A stretch of 64,000 bases of DNA from NCBI GenBank assembly GCA_002269645.1, contig NIVC01000551.1, positions 310,001-374,000 on the forward strand, written 5' to 3'. Below, piece after piece: positions 63,520 through 64,000 of this stretch; within the stretch, counting starts at the first letter, position 1; each line of letters starts with the position of its first letter. The notes below the pieces were generated by a model. The model made no database searches, had not been told where the DNA came from, and saw only the letters and a program-made list of their open reading frames with translations. A program made the translations under genes and the position numbers. Origin of the DNA: Macrostomum lignano. Its lineage: Eukaryota.

Positions 63520-64000
63520 AAATGTCACTGACAGTCAAATGTCACTGACAGTCAAATGTTACTGGCTGTCAAATGTCACTGACAGTCAAATGTCACTGAC
63601 AGTCAAATGTTACTGACAGTCAAATGTCACTGACAGTCAAATGTTACTGGCTGTCAAATTTCACTGGCAGTCAAATGTCACTGACAGTCAAATGTCACTG
63701 ATAGTCAAATGTCACTGACAGTCAAATGTCACTGACAGTCAAATGTTACTGGCTGTCAAATGTCACTGGCAGTCAAATGTCACTGATAGTCAAATGTCAC
63801 TGATAGTCAAATGTCACTGACAGTCAAATGTCACTGACAGTCAAATGTCACTGACAGTCAAATGTCACTGACAGTCAAATGTCACTGACAGTCAAATGTC
63901 ACTGATAGTCAAATGTTACTGGCTGTCAAATGTCACTGGCAGTCAAATGTCACTGATAGTCAAATGTTACTGGCTGTCAAATGTCACTGACAGTCAAATG
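63520..64000. repeat. 17-bp minisatellite (runs off the window)
   Basis: tcaaatgtcactgacag units. Confidence 0.95.

Noticed and set aside
59967-63616. 400-850-aa ORFs (KNLEKPGK, FQVFPGF, GMESWEW)
   Set aside because: Stop-free frames of minisatellites; no domain signal

Overview
Repeat-rich eukaryotic (metazoan) genomic DNA with GT-AG introns. The minisatellite-filled introns and GC-rich exons suggest a flatworm such as Macrostomum, which is inference only. Host genes reconstructed by hand are: a fibrinogen-domain (FReD) gene with a probable signal peptide/PAN-like first exon (-), a 2-exon calmodulin-like gene (+), an 8-exon 961-aa GPI-type protein with two Cache-like+EGF modules (-), and a 3-exon secreted PAN+TSP1-like protein (-). 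The centre holds two nested, young Ty3/Gypsy LTR elements. Element A (34254-54736, +) has gag, a -1-frame pol and an extra J-domain (DnaJ) ORF. Element B (36418-47047, -, 4-bp TSD) has the unusual order gag fused to a herpesvirus-gB-like envelope, then a separate pol, then a small myristoylation-motif RING ORF. Other mobile DNA: a Crypton/DUF3504 fragment, two RNase H-bearing non-LTR tails, RTE-like fragments, a hAT MITE with an 8-bp TSD, a 4.1-kb hAT-like element with a 6-bp TSD and an internal 2.5-kb minisatellite, and two palindromic mini-elements. About 20 tandem arrays explain most long low-complexity ORFs. All domain calls are by eye; no database searches were run.
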